The position numbers were made by a program, and so were the translations under genes. From an uncultured Pirellulaceae bacterium (lineage in GTDB: Bacteria; Planctomycetota; Planctomycetia; Pirellulales; Pirellulaceae), in assembly GCA_964522605.1 (NCBI GenBank), contig CAZFWV010000002.1:6519-70518 (forward strand): DNA of 64,000 bases, read 5' to 3'. Shown in pieces: positions 54,195 through 64,000 of this stretch; the first letter of the stretch is position 1; the number at the start of each line of letters is the position of its first letter. The notes under the pieces are model-generated. The model saw only the letters and a list, made by a program, of their open reading frames with translations, did no database searches and was not told the origin of the DNA.

Positions 54195-55544
54195 ATGAAG
54201 GCGAAATCAAGGATCATGCGTCGCACGTTCCTCAAAGGCGCTTTGGCAGCCACAGGGACGGGCTTGGTACCGTTCAATATCCTCAAGGCCGGTGCCTCCC
54301 CGAACAGTAAACTCAACATCGCCTGCATCGGTGTGGGACAACGCGGGGCGGCAGTCGCCGCGGGCTTGGCCAGGACGGACAACATCGTCGCTCTTTGTGA
54401 CGTCCATGAAACCTGGCACAGGGCAGCGATCGCCAACCAGCCGAAACTCCAGGGGATCAAGCTCTGGAAGGACTACCGTGTGATGTTCGACCAGATTGGT
54501 CCCGAGATTGACGCGGTGATGATTGCCACACCCGACCACGCCCGGTTTGCGATTGCGATGACCGCTCTCCGGCATGGCAAGCACGTCTACGCCGAGAAAC
54601 CTCTCTGCCATACCATCAACGAGGTGCGTCTTCTAACCGAGGAAGCTGCGAAGAACCCGAAGCTCGTCACACAAATGGGGAATCAGGGGCACTCGAGTGA
54701 AAGCGCCGCCCAGATCAACGACTGGGTGGAAGCCGGGGCAATCGGCCAGGTTCGGGAAGTGCTCGCTTTTTCGAGGAAGAACTACTGGACCGACAAGCCC
54801 GTGATCCAAGGGAGTGTCGTTCCAGAGACGCTGGATTGGGATCTCTATCTGAATCGTGCGGAGGCGGTGCCTTTCAGCGAGAGCTACATGAACCGAGAGT
54901 GGATCCGTTACCGGCACTTCAGCGGCTCCGTGGGTGACATGGGCGGACACACATTGGATGCGGGCTTCTACGCGCTCGGATTGATGGCTCCAACAAGCGT
55001 CCGGGCCGACGTCGAAACACCGGCGACCGCTTGGTCCATGCCGCGGGCGGGCGTCATCACTTGGGAGTTTCCCGCCCGGGGCGAGAAGCCTCCGGTCACG
55101 ATGAAGTACTACCTGGGAACCGAGATCGAGTTCCCGCGACCCAAGCATCTGGATCCGGATCAGAAGATGATCGATGCCGGTTCGTTCCTGGTCGGCGAAC
55201 ACGGATCGATCCAGGCTGGCAGCCATAGCCAAGGCGCGAGAATCATCCCGCGGGCACTCAGAGATGCAACGCCGACCGCACCCAAAACGGCTTTCCGTTG
55301 CCGAGCGAATGACCACTCCGCGAACTGGACGTTGGCGTGCAAGGGTGAAGACACCGCCATGTCGTCGTTTGACTACGCCGGACCGCTCTCCGAAGTCGTC
55401 GTCCTCGGAAACATTGCCCTGATTCATCCCGGCACTACGCTCCAGTGGGATGCCGAAAAGATGGAGATCACGAATCACGAGGCCGCCAACAGGAGCGTCT
55501 TCATGCGCAGGATTTCACCGCGTGATCATCTGAACTGGTATTGA
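54195..55544 (+). CDS. Tat-exported Gfo/Idh/MocA-family oxidoreductase
   Basis: Twin-arginine signal IMRRTFLKGALAATGTG, Rossmann LNIACIGVGQRG, and the EKP motif in HVYAEKPL. Confidence 0.9.
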   Translation: MKAKSRIMRRTFLKGALAATGTGLVPFNILKAGASPNSKLNIACIGVGQRGAAVAAGLARTDNIVALCDVHETWHRAAIANQPKLQGIKLWKDYRVMFDQIGPEIDAVMIATPDHARFAIAMTALRHGKHVYAEKPLCHTINEVRLLTEEAAKNPKLVTQMGNQGHSSESAAQINDWVEAGAIGQVREVLAFSRKNYWTDKPVIQGSVVPETLDWDLYLNRAEAVPFSESYMNREWIRYRHFSGSVGDMGGHTLDAGFYALGLMAPTSVRADVETPATAWSMPRAGVITWEFPARGEKPPVTMKYYLGTEIEFPRPKHLDPDQKMIDAGSFLVGEHGSIQAGSHSQGARIIPRALRDATPTAPKTAFRCRANDHSANWTLACKGEDTAMSSFDYAGPLSEVVVLGNIALIHPGTTLQWDAEKMEITNHEAANRSVFMRRISPRDHLNWY

Positions 55545-55851
55545 TTGGATCCGTCTTTGAATCAGTACCGTGGATTTGCTCGGACTTCTCACCTATCAGA
55601 CGCAGTACGGCAGGGCCGCCAGCCACCCTTTCCCTTACCGGAATTTGCGCCGCCCGACAAGGAACTCACCGTTAGCAGTGCGGAGCGGTAATCGCTTCAC
55701 TCCAGACGCAGGATCGCCGTTGTGTCAAATGCGAGTCGTGTGGGCCAGCTGGCGGTTCGCTCTTTTGGAGATTCGGTGGGCTTGCCCTTGCGGCGAGTCT
55801 TGTGTATCGTTTCGACACTTGGCGAAATGACGATTCAACAATCCGGTCTGT

Positions 55852-56229
55852 TTGAGTGCGATGCGAGAGCTTTTGGCGGCAATTAAGGCGCTGGCGGATG
55901 AGAGCCGCCTGCGGGTCGTTCGGGCATTGCAGGGGCGAGAATTGTGCCTCTGTCAAATCGTCGAACTACTTGGCCTGGCGACGTCAACCGTGTCGCGGCA
56001 TATGTCGATTCTGCACCAAGCCCGGCTTGTGGAATCTCGCAAAGAGGGTCGATGGACCTACTTCCGATTGGATGAGAACGCGCCAAAGGAGGTGGCCGCC
56101 ACGTTGGAAGCTGCCATCAGTGGACTCAGTCGGGACCCGGTCGCCCGAGAGGACAACCGGCGATTAAAAGAGATCCTTCAACTCGACCCGGAAGCGCTGT
56201 GTCGATCGCAAAGTGAGTGCAAAGGATGA
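55852..56229 (+). CDS. arsR: ArsR/SmtB-family metalloregulator with an ELCLCQ (C-x-C) arsenite-site motif
   Basis: [48 protein letters not shown] is a canonical ArsR winged helix. ATG 55861 is an alternative to the TTG at 55852. Confidence 0.9.
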   Translation: MSAMRELLAAIKALADESRLRVVRALQGRELCLCQIVELLGLATSTVSRHMSILHQARLVESRKEGRWTYFRLDENAPKEVAATLEAAISGLSRDPVAREDNRRLKEILQLDPEALCRSQSECKG

Positions 56230-56380
56230 GGATCCTGTTTCTGTGTACCGGAAATTCCTGCTGCAGCCAGCTGGCGGAAGGGTGGGCTCGCAAGCGGAAG
56301 AGCGACCGTTTTTTTGATGCCTGCTCGGTCGGTATCGAAACACACGGCTTAAATCCCAATGAGGTGAAGGTGTACGCAAG

Positions 56381-56384
<4 letters not shown>
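56226..56384 (+). pseudogene. arsC: Remnant of an LMW-PTP-type (thioredoxin-coupled) arsenate reductase arsC: 52 codons, P-loop Arg replaced by Cys
   Basis: My translation is [52 protein letters not shown]. The canonical motif is CTGNSCRSQMAEG. Codon 56262-56264 is TGC where CGC is expected. The ORF stops about 85-90 residues early and overlaps both neighbours by ATGA. It is below the 60-aa ORF-track cutoff. Confidence 0.7.
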
Positions 56385-57610
<1,226 letters not shown>

Positions 57611-57970
57611 AACCCATCAAGTGCTCTGGCGTCGTCGGCGAGCCGAATGATTGACGAGTGCTGAATGACGATTGTCGATTCGCGAAGTCGCAACGCATGC
57701 GGACGACGGCAGATCGACCGAATCCTGTTTCGCAATCAAAAGCGGGGCTTGATCGGATTGTATATTTGGCTAATAATGCAATCATGAGGCCGTCGATTTG
57801 GTGGTACTTGTTTCGCGTATTGCGATCCGCTCATCGCTGAGCCATGCAGGCGAGACAGATCCCTTCGCGGTCCCGTGGCCCTTTGTGGCGTCAGGCCTGA
57901 GAAGCTGGCACCTGCGAGGCGTGCGAATTTGGCTGAATTGCCAACCATTGAATGCCGATAGTGGAGATTG

Positions 57971-58294
57971 ATGGACGCAAAGACACAAGCCAAATACGAG
58001 GCACGAGCCAGGATCCTCAAGGCAATGGCCCATCCGGCCAGGCTGTTCATGCTCGACGAGCTTTCTCGGAACGGGGAACGCTGCGTCTGTGAATTGACGG
58101 AGATGGTCGGCACCGATATGTCGACGGTGTCCCGACACCTGTCGCAGATGAAACACGCAGGCTTGGTTGAAGATGAAAAGCGCGGCCAGATGGTCTTCTA
58201 TCGGCTGCGCGTGAAATGCGCGCTGGATTTCTTCGATTGCATCGAGTCGGTGATCAAGTGCAACGCGAGAAAGCAGCAGGAATTGCTAGCTTAG
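57971..58294 (+). CDS. ArsR/SmtB-family metalloregulator (second copy)
   Basis: ILKAMAHPARLFMLDELSRNGERCVCELTEMVGTDMSTVSRHLSQMKHAGLV is a winged helix with a C-x-C motif. ATG 57971 is preferred to the TTG at 57968. Confidence 0.9.
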   Translation: MDAKTQAKYEARARILKAMAHPARLFMLDELSRNGERCVCELTEMVGTDMSTVSRHLSQMKHAGLVEDEKRGQMVFYRLRVKCALDFFDCIESVIKCNARKQQELLA

Positions 58295-58399
58295 ACGACA
58301 TGAGGGCTGAGTTCCTTTTTTTTGCGGCCGAATACTTGCATATTATGCCAAATTGCCTGCCAGGCAGGGTGGGCCCGTTCGGAGACGGAGCTTGCTGAA

Positions 58400-59860
58400 A
58401 TGAACCGAGAAGTGAAGATCTTTCTGACCTTCTTGGCGATCTTCCTGATCGCCTATTTCATTCCGTTAGCCACGCCGCGATTCGACGCCGATGCCAATCC
58501 TGTGGGTGCGAAGGTCGTGAGCGCTCTCGTCGAGGCGATGGTGATGTTGCAGTGGTACGCTCGAAACCACACCCTGGCATGCGTTGTTCCGGCCCTGTTT
58601 ATTGCCGGCGCGATTACGACGTTCCTTTCCAAAGAGTCGGTTCTGAAACATTTGGGGCCGAAGGCGAACAAGGTCGAGTCGTACTCGGTTGCCTCGGTTT
58701 CGGGGACGGTCCTGGCCGTGTGCTCCTGCAGCGTGCTACCCATGTTCGCCGGGATTTACCGAGTCGGGGCAGGGCTGGGACCGGCGGCCTGTTTCCTCTA
58801 TGCCGGTCCGGCGATCAACGTCCTAGCGATCTTTCTCACGGCTCGAGTGCTCGGTTTCGAACTCGGCGTTGCCCGCGTCATTGGCGCGATGGTCTTTGGA
58901 GTAATCATCGGCCTGATCATGGCCGTGATCTTTCGTCGCAGCGAAGAGAGCCGCACCAAGGCCACGATGGCGATGCCGGATCCTCCGGCTGCCAAGCGTC
59001 CTCTCTGGCAGAACGCATCGCTATTGGGTGCAATGTTGGCGCTGCTTGTCTTTAGCGATTGGTTCAATCCAGGGGACAAGCACGTGGAGTTGGCCGACGG
59101 TACGAGATTCGAGGCGACTTTGCAGTACGAGACCGAAGGGGCTTACGATCTTCGCTTGAAAGAGGTTGCGCTCGGTCACCAACCGGCGGAAGTCGTGCGC
59201 CTGGCCAAGTCGGAAATCAGCTCCATTGAGGACGTAGATACCTGGGTCACCCGGATTCACCACATTCGATGGTATCTGGCGGGAGCCATGGGCGTTCTCG
59301 TCGTGCTCATGAGTCTGTTGTGGCTGGATCGACCGGACTTCATGGAATGGATGGGGAACACCTGGACGTTCTCGAAGCTGCTCGTTCCGCTTCTCTTCGG
59401 AGGCGTGTTTGTCGTTGGATTCCTTGGGGCCCTCGTTCCCGAAAAGCAGGTAGCGGCGCTCGTCGGCGACAACAGTCTCATTTCCAACTTGATCGCATCC
59501 GTGGTGGGCTGCCTGTTCTATTTCGCCACGCTGACGGAAGTTCCCATCCTGGAAGCCCTGATGAAAAACGGCATGGCTTCCGGTCCCGCTCTTGCCTTGC
59601 TCCTGGCCGGTCCAGCGCTCTCACTTCCGAGCATTCTGGTGATTCGGTCTGTCGTGGGGAATGCAAAGACCGCCGTCTTTGTCGCGTTAACGATCGTCAT
59701 GGCGACCGTCGCGGGCATGGGGTTCGGGGCCATGTATCCGGAGAAGCCCGTAATCCAGACGTCGGGTCCGGTTGCCGTAGCGACCGCAGATGGCAACGAG
59801 GTCTCGCAGGTTCCGACCGTAGTACCGAACTATTTTGTCGTTGAAAGAAGTGCACAATAA
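58400..59860 (+). CDS. ArsP-type permease (PF03773-like) with a vicinal Cys pair and a large central soluble insertion
   Basis: ATG 58400 gives MNREVKIFLTFLAIFLIAYF. VSGTVLAVCSCSVLPMFAG matches my recollection of the ArsP C-S-C motif. There are two multi-TM halves separated by about 110 hydrophilic residues. It lies downstream of an ArsR gene. Confidence 0.8.
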   Translation: MNREVKIFLTFLAIFLIAYFIPLATPRFDADANPVGAKVVSALVEAMVMLQWYARNHTLACVVPALFIAGAITTFLSKESVLKHLGPKANKVESYSVASVSGTVLAVCSCSVLPMFAGIYRVGAGLGPAACFLYAGPAINVLAIFLTARVLGFELGVARVIGAMVFGVIIGLIMAVIFRRSEESRTKATMAMPDPPAAKRPLWQNASLLGAMLALLVFSDWFNPGDKHVELADGTRFEATLQYETEGAYDLRLKEVALGHQPAEVVRLAKSEISSIEDVDTWVTRIHHIRWYLAGAMGVLVVLMSLLWLDRPDFMEWMGNTWTFSKLLVPLLFGGVFVVGFLGALVPEKQVAALVGDNSLISNLIASVVGCLFYFATLTEVPILEALMKNGMASGPALALLLAGPALSLPSILVIRSVVGNAKTAVFVALTIVMATVAGMGFGAMYPEKPVIQTSGPVAVATADGNEVSQVPTVVPNYFVVERSAQ

Positions 59861-59924
59861 CCGCTCAGCGAGTGAGCCACCGATCGATTGGCCACTGACG
59901 AAAGAATGACACAGTCGCCTGACA

Positions 59925-60091
59925 CCTAAGGAATGACTCAAGAATAACTTCGGCATCTCGGTCCTTTCGTTTAACCGCGTGCCCAGCGGGCCGCGGGTCG
60001 GAAAGAATCTTCCGCGGTCCGCTGGGCACGCGGTTAAACGAGGAACCCGCACGGTTAAACGAAAAAGTTGTTACTGAGCCGTTCCTACACG
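59925..60091. repeat. Nested palindromic intergenic element C (left arm 59925-59952 like element A; 30-bp inner stem 59967-59996 / 60012-60041, 29/30 complementary)
   Basis: cctaaggaatgactcaagaataacttcggcat matches element A. The inner stem tcgtttaaccgcgtgcccagcgggccgcgg pairs with ccgcggtccgctgggcacgcggttaaacga. The right outer arm (about 60059-60091) is degenerate. Confidence 0.75.
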
Positions 60092-60108
60092 AAAAAGGAG
60101 TTTGTGGG

Positions 60109-60561
60109 ATGAAACGTTTGACCATGACCACGCTGGGCTCGGTCGTGTTGGCCTTCGTTGTGTCCACTGTTGCCGAAGAGGGAGCAGCGGCCGAGGTCGC
60201 GAAGACGCCACCCGAGGATCGCGTAGTGGCGATCTATTTCCACCGCACGCAACGGTGCCCGACCTGTCAGAAGATGGGCAGCTACACAGAAGCAGCAATC
60301 AAGACAGGCTTTGCCACGCAGCTTCTGGACCGCTCAGTCGAGTTCCACTATGTCGATTTCCAGAATGAGAAGAACGCGGCATACACGAAGGCCTACAAGA
60401 TCACGGGCCCCGCGTTGATCGTGGCAAGGATCAAAGACAATCGGGTCGCGGAATACAAGGATCTCAAGGAGATTTGGAGTAACGTCGGAGACCAGAAGGC
60501 GTTTATGAAGTATGTCCAGCACGAGATTGAAGCTGCTCGCGGTAAAGGCACCGCGAATTAG
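60109..60561 (+). CDS. Secreted thioredoxin-like protein with a C-P-T-C motif, ArsF-family-like
   Basis: It has a signal peptide (MKRLTMTTLGSVVLAFVVSTVAEE). VVAIYFHRTQRCPTCQKMG resembles proteins I recall as annotated nitrophenyl compound nitroreductase subunit ArsF family. It is paired with a DsbD-like membrane protein. Confidence 0.65.
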   Translation: MKRLTMTTLGSVVLAFVVSTVAEEGAAAEVAKTPPEDRVVAIYFHRTQRCPTCQKMGSYTEAAIKTGFATQLLDRSVEFHYVDFQNEKNAAYTKAYKITGPALIVARIKDNRVAEYKDLKEIWSNVGDQKAFMKYVQHEIEAARGKGTAN

Positions 60562-60678
60562 GCAATGTCAGGGGCGGACGTCGCCCCCTGGACGACGAGT
60601 TCGCCTGGAACGACATACTCGTAACCTGGACGGCGAGGAACCTCGCCCGGTCTTGAGGCCAGTGACAGGAGATTGCCC

Positions 60679-61431
60679 ATGCTCGCGTACGCCCTCTACT
60701 GTGGGGCCGCTCTCTATTTGGGCATCTTGACGTCGATCAGCCCCTGCCCGTTGGCAACGAACATTGCCGCGGTGTCCTACATTGGACGCAAGGTTGAGAG
60801 TTCACGTGCGGTCATCCATGCGGGGCTACTCTACACGCTGGGACGTTGCCTGCTGTACCTTGGTCTGGCGACACTGCTGACGACCACGGCGATGTCAATC
60901 CCGGCGGTGTCGGTTTTCTTGCAGAAGTACATGCATCTTGTCTTAGGGCCGATCTTCATCGTGCTGGGCATGTTTCTGATCGGGCTGATCACCGTGAGTA
61001 CCGGCGGGACGATGATGAGTGAGAGGATGCAGAAGCGGGTTGATTCCATGGGGATTTGGGGCGCATTGCTCCTGGGGATCCTGTTTGCCGTCTCGTTCTG
61101 CCCCACATCCGCCGCCTGGTTCTTTGGCCTTCTCGCCCTAACGATGGGCTCGGAGGCTGGAGCGATCACGATGGTACTGGACAAGGTCGGAATCGTGCTG
61201 CCGGAAACTCCCCTTGTAGGCGGCTCCTTCCTTCTGCCGCTCATCTATGGGATCGGTACCGCACTGCCGGTTCTGGTTGTGGCTCTGCTCCTGGCGTATA
61301 GTGCCCAGGCCGTCGGCAAGACGTACAACATCCTGGGCAAGATTGAATGGTGGGCCCGCATGGCGACGGGCTGGGTGTTCATCCTGGTCGGCGTCTACTT
61401 CGATTTGAAGTACGTGTTTGAGACGTTCTAG
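60679..61431 (+). CDS. DsbD/CcdA-like six-TM membrane protein, ArsG-family-transporter-like
   Basis: ILTSISPCPLATNIAAVSYIG, plus a second half with FAVSFCPTSAAWFFG, is the two-repeat architecture of the DsbD_2 family. The ORF track starts it at the TTG at 60673. Confidence 0.7.
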   Translation: MLAYALYCGAALYLGILTSISPCPLATNIAAVSYIGRKVESSRAVIHAGLLYTLGRCLLYLGLATLLTTTAMSIPAVSVFLQKYMHLVLGPIFIVLGMFLIGLITVSTGGTMMSERMQKRVDSMGIWGALLLGILFAVSFCPTSAAWFFGLLALTMGSEAGAITMVLDKVGIVLPETPLVGGSFLLPLIYGIGTALPVLVVALLLAYSAQAVGKTYNILGKIEWWARMATGWVFILVGVYFDLKYVFETF

Positions 61432-61519
61432 GTGCGCGCCGCTGACCTCGGCTTGACGGCCAATTGCTGACTTGCTGATCCGGCCTACCGTCTTGAGGCA
61501 GAGTCAATCGTGGTTCGTA

Positions 61520-61885
61520 TCAGATCGTCTGTCCGATGCGAATCAGATTGCCATCTGGATCGACCATGGAAAACTCTCTCATGTTCCAAGGCTTGTTTTC
61601 CAGGGGATCGATGCGTGGAATTCCGGTCGTCGGCAGATTGACTCGAGCGAATGTCTGATAGATCTTGTCAACGTCCAGAACGCGAATGTAGCAACCTGCG
61701 GACGATTCGGCGGGATCAAGTCCGGCATGTGTGAAGAAGTGAATCTCGACCGTGTCCCGGGTTAGTATGGCGTAACGATACGGTGCACCCCAGACTTTGG
61801 CTTCAAATCCCAGTTGCCGGTAAAAGTCCCGCGTGGCCTCAATCGATCTACTGGGAAGAATTGGAATGGCGAGATCATGTTGCAT
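61520..61885 (-). CDS. VOC-superfamily protein, bleomycin-resistance-protein (glyoxalase-fold) type
   Basis: 121 aa. PILPSRSIEATRDFYRQLGFE...ILTRDTVEIHFF...CYIRVLDVDKIYQ...KPWNMREFSMVDPDGNLIRIGQ is typical of Ble-like binding proteins. Confidence 0.85.
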   Translation of the reverse strand: MQHDLAIPILPSRSIEATRDFYRQLGFEAKVWGAPYRYAILTRDTVEIHFFTHAGLDPAESSAGCYIRVLDVDKIYQTFARVNLPTTGIPRIDPLENKPWNMREFSMVDPDGNLIRIGQTI

Positions 61886-61901
61886 GGCTGGCTGTTTTCT
61901 A

Positions 61902-64000
61902 TTATTCCTCGTAAGCCATCACCTCGACAAGGTGGCGGCCTGAGTTGGCGGAATTGTGCGTCTGGGTTACGCGAAGGTAGCGCACCGGTCGCGACTCGAA
62001 TCGGCAGGTGTAGCCTTCCGCGGTGGACGACTCCTTGTTTTCTCGCATATCGGCCACGGTGGTCCAATTCTGTCCATCGAGGGACGTTTGGACGGTGAAT
62101 CCATACTGTCGCTCGTCACCGTAGTAACCCACGACGACCACGCGACCGACGCGCATCGGCTCTTCCAGGTCCACCTGCCACCAAGGTTGTGGGTCATCCA
62201 GCTTTTGCACATCCGTGGCCCAGTAATTGTCCGTGTCGTTTGCATATCCATCGTTGGCCAGCGCAGCGGGATGAGCCGGTAGGGCAGTGGAGCAGGTGAC
62301 CGGTTTGTGGGTGGTCAAACTCAGGGCATTCGGTCGGGTCCAGACGGCGGGTGGGTTCGATCCTTCGTAGAGCGCGACGACCGTGGGGAAGTCCCATCGT
62401 TTCGACTGCGGAGCACGAGGAACGACGGTCACTCCTTCCAGTTTGCTGAGCAGCGGTCGGGATGCGGGCAGATGAAGTACCATGCGCTTCGGAATCTGAC
62501 GCGTGGGTTTTTCCAGGTCAATCTCTACGCCGGTCTCCGTTCCCCGGACTCTCAGCGCCATCGTTCCGAAATGCGTGGGCAGGCGCTCGACCTTGATTTC
62601 GTGGCCTTCCTCCAGCCACCAGTCGGGGACGGCCTTGAGCAAGTGCAAGGTGTCGGATTCCTCATGGACCAACATGTGGCGAAGCATGATCGCATAGTTG
62701 CAGGCCCCGGTGACGTGGGGGATCGTGTTGCTCCAAGCTTCCCGCTTCTGCGGATAGATGCCTTCGGGAAACGCGTGGGCTGCGGTGGAATGCAGCAGGT
62801 ACCAATAGAAATCTTTGACCACGTTTTCGTGCAACCCGCGCGTGAGATCGGTCATGGTGGTATACGCACCCATGTACGGATGGATGGCGGGTGCATGCCC
62901 ATGCCACTGAATCGTCCCTTCGATGAACCCGCCGTGGAAATCCTCACGAACATGTTTGCTGAGTGCGGCGACGCGCGGATCATCCCGGTCAAAGATTTCC
63001 GTGGGCCATAGCGTTTCGGTGTTCCCCCAATGCGTGCCGGCCTTCTCCCAACTCGGCGGAAAGTGAGCCAACCCGGTTCGCTTCCAGGCGGCATCCAGGG
63101 CGCTGCGGTAGAGATTCGCCTCGTTCAGCAACTCTTCTGCTTCGTCGTTCTTGTCCAGAATTCGGGCCGCATCGGCCGTGCAGAGGATGCCGCGCAGATT
63201 CCAGAAGTCGTAGCCCACAATGTGATGCTCGCCGGCCCAGAGGTACTCACCGTCGGCCAGCGCATTGGGCAACAAGCCGGCAAAAGGCGAGTCAGCCGGG
63301 GCCTGACGGCGCGCCTTCATCGTCCAGTCCACCGCGCGGCGCATCTTCGGGTAGACGCTTTCGAGCCATGTGCGATCTGCCGTCATCTTGTAGTATTGCC
63401 ACAGCACCCACAGCGCCTGGCCATTCGCATCGAACTGACCCGGCTGGGACTCGAATCGGCCATCCGGTCTTTGTCGGGGAAGATAAAGCGCCACCGCCTT
63501 CTGTGCGGCATCCCACAGCCCGGCTTCTTCGAGTTCCATCACCTGGTAGGCGCCGTCACGAATATAGAATTCGTCGTAAAAACCTTCTCCCCCGTGAACA
63601 TCCCCGTGGTCATTGGCAATCAGCTGACAGACGTGGGCCGCGAGTAGAGCCTCGGTGGCCTTTCGACAGGGTACTTCAATGTGAGCCGCGTTGGACAAAG
63701 CGCTGTTCCAGTACTGCACCGTTCGGTCGAACCACTCGTCTGGGTTCGCATTGGCCAGCGAGGCATTATCCTCGATCGGCGTAAAGGGGATCCGCACGGT
63801 AGCGGTCACAGCGGCACCAGGCTCTAGAGACCACTCAAACGAGCTGTTCCCATCCGCGCGAGAGCTGGTCGTCTTCAGCTTCGCCTCAGCGGGTTGGTCT
63901 CCGTCGTTCGTGACCCGCACGTGGATCCAGTTCAGGAAGTTCTCTCCCTCGGTCGGCCAGTCGAACGCCTTGCGCCAGTCCTTCACGGTCGGCAATGGCG
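61902..64000 (-). CDS. Glycoside-hydrolase-like (alpha/alpha)6 six-hairpin protein with a C-terminal discoidin domain. The N-terminus lies outside the window.
   Basis: The frame is open to the window end. The six-hairpin-like part reads FYDEFYIRDGAYQVMELEEAGLWDAAQKAVALYL...DANGQALWVLWQYY. The discoidin part reads QPWWQVDLEEPMRVGRVVVVGYY...VRYLRVTQT. Confidence 0.8.
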   Translation of the reverse strand, partial: PLPTVKDWRKAFDWPTEGENFLNWIHVRVTNDGDQPAEAKLKTTSSRADGNSSFEWSLEPGAAVTATVRIPFTPIEDNASLANANPDEWFDRTVQYWNSALSNAAHIEVPCRKATEALLAAHVCQLIANDHGDVHGGEGFYDEFYIRDGAYQVMELEEAGLWDAAQKAVALYLPRQRPDGRFESQPGQFDANGQALWVLWQYYKMTADRTWLESVYPKMRRAVDWTMKARRQAPADSPFAGLLPNALADGEYLWAGEHHIVGYDFWNLRGILCTADAARILDKNDEAEELLNEANLYRSALDAAWKRTGLAHFPPSWEKAGTHWGNTETLWPTEIFDRDDPRVAALSKHVREDFHGGFIEGTIQWHGHAPAIHPYMGAYTTMTDLTRGLHENVVKDFYWYLLHSTAAHAFPEGIYPQKREAWSNTIPHVTGACNYAIMLRHMLVHEESDTLHLLKAVPDWWLEEGHEIKVERLPTHFGTMALRVRGTETGVEIDLEKPTRQIPKRMVLHLPASRPLLSKLEGVTVVPRAPQSKRWDFPTVVALYEGSNPPAVWTRPNALSLTTHKPVTCSTALPAHPAALANDGYANDTDNYWATDVQKLDDPQPWWQVDLEEPMRVGRVVVVGYYGDERQYGFTVQTSLDGQNWTTVADMRENKESSTAEGYTCRFESRPVRYLRVTQTHNSANSGRHLVEVMAYEE

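Noticed and set aside
55806-55834. Imperfect dyad atcgtttcg ... cgaaatgacgat upstream of the first arsR as its operator
   Set aside because: The two halves match only if a 3-nt insertion is allowed, and there is no second copy in the window. This is not enough evidence to list it as a feature.

Overview
GC-rich chromosomal segment whose gene content and protein idioms point to Planctomycetota, probably Pirellulales-like. Supporting idioms are a giant secreted protein with an N-terminal RRLEVECLEARCVL motif and dockerin-like tail, an ECF sigma factor paired with a Ser/Thr kinase, Tat-signal Gfo/Idh/MocA oxidoreductases, a sulfatase, and many discoidin-domain proteins. No rRNA, tRNA, CRISPR array, transposase or phage genes were seen. 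Left to right the window holds: (1) the end of a V-type ATPase operon (subunits I and K); (2) two copies of a cytidylate-kinase-like gene flanking an NhaR-like LysR regulator; (3) a decayed CzcA/CusA-type RND pump pseudogene; (4) an HdhA-like SDR; (5) a four-gene ATGA-coupled HlyD/FtsX/ABC exporter operon led by a small Cys-rich ORF; (6) a long glycan-degradation region with a beta-helix hydrolase, GDPD, sulfatase, lyase-like protein, BNR protein, clan-A glycosidases and a beta-lactamase fusion; (7) a thymidylate-synthase-like gene; (8) an ECF sigma/STK pair divergent from a 1479-aa CotH/LTD protein; (9) an arsenic and organoarsenical resistance island (arsR, arsC remnant, acr3, arsR, arsP-like, ArsF/ArsG-like). 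The points most worth follow-up are a gene-conversion signature between the two kinase-like genes, a mosaic family of 165-180-bp nested palindromic intergenic elements, a paralogous pair of ~900-aa secreted proteins with a transglutaminase-like Cys-His-Asp core, a 1357-aa discoidin/propeller/CXXCH/FGE-like fusion, the Na+-binding signature in ATPase subunit K, and an inactivated arsC stub. All functional calls come from reading the translations by eye. No database search was run.
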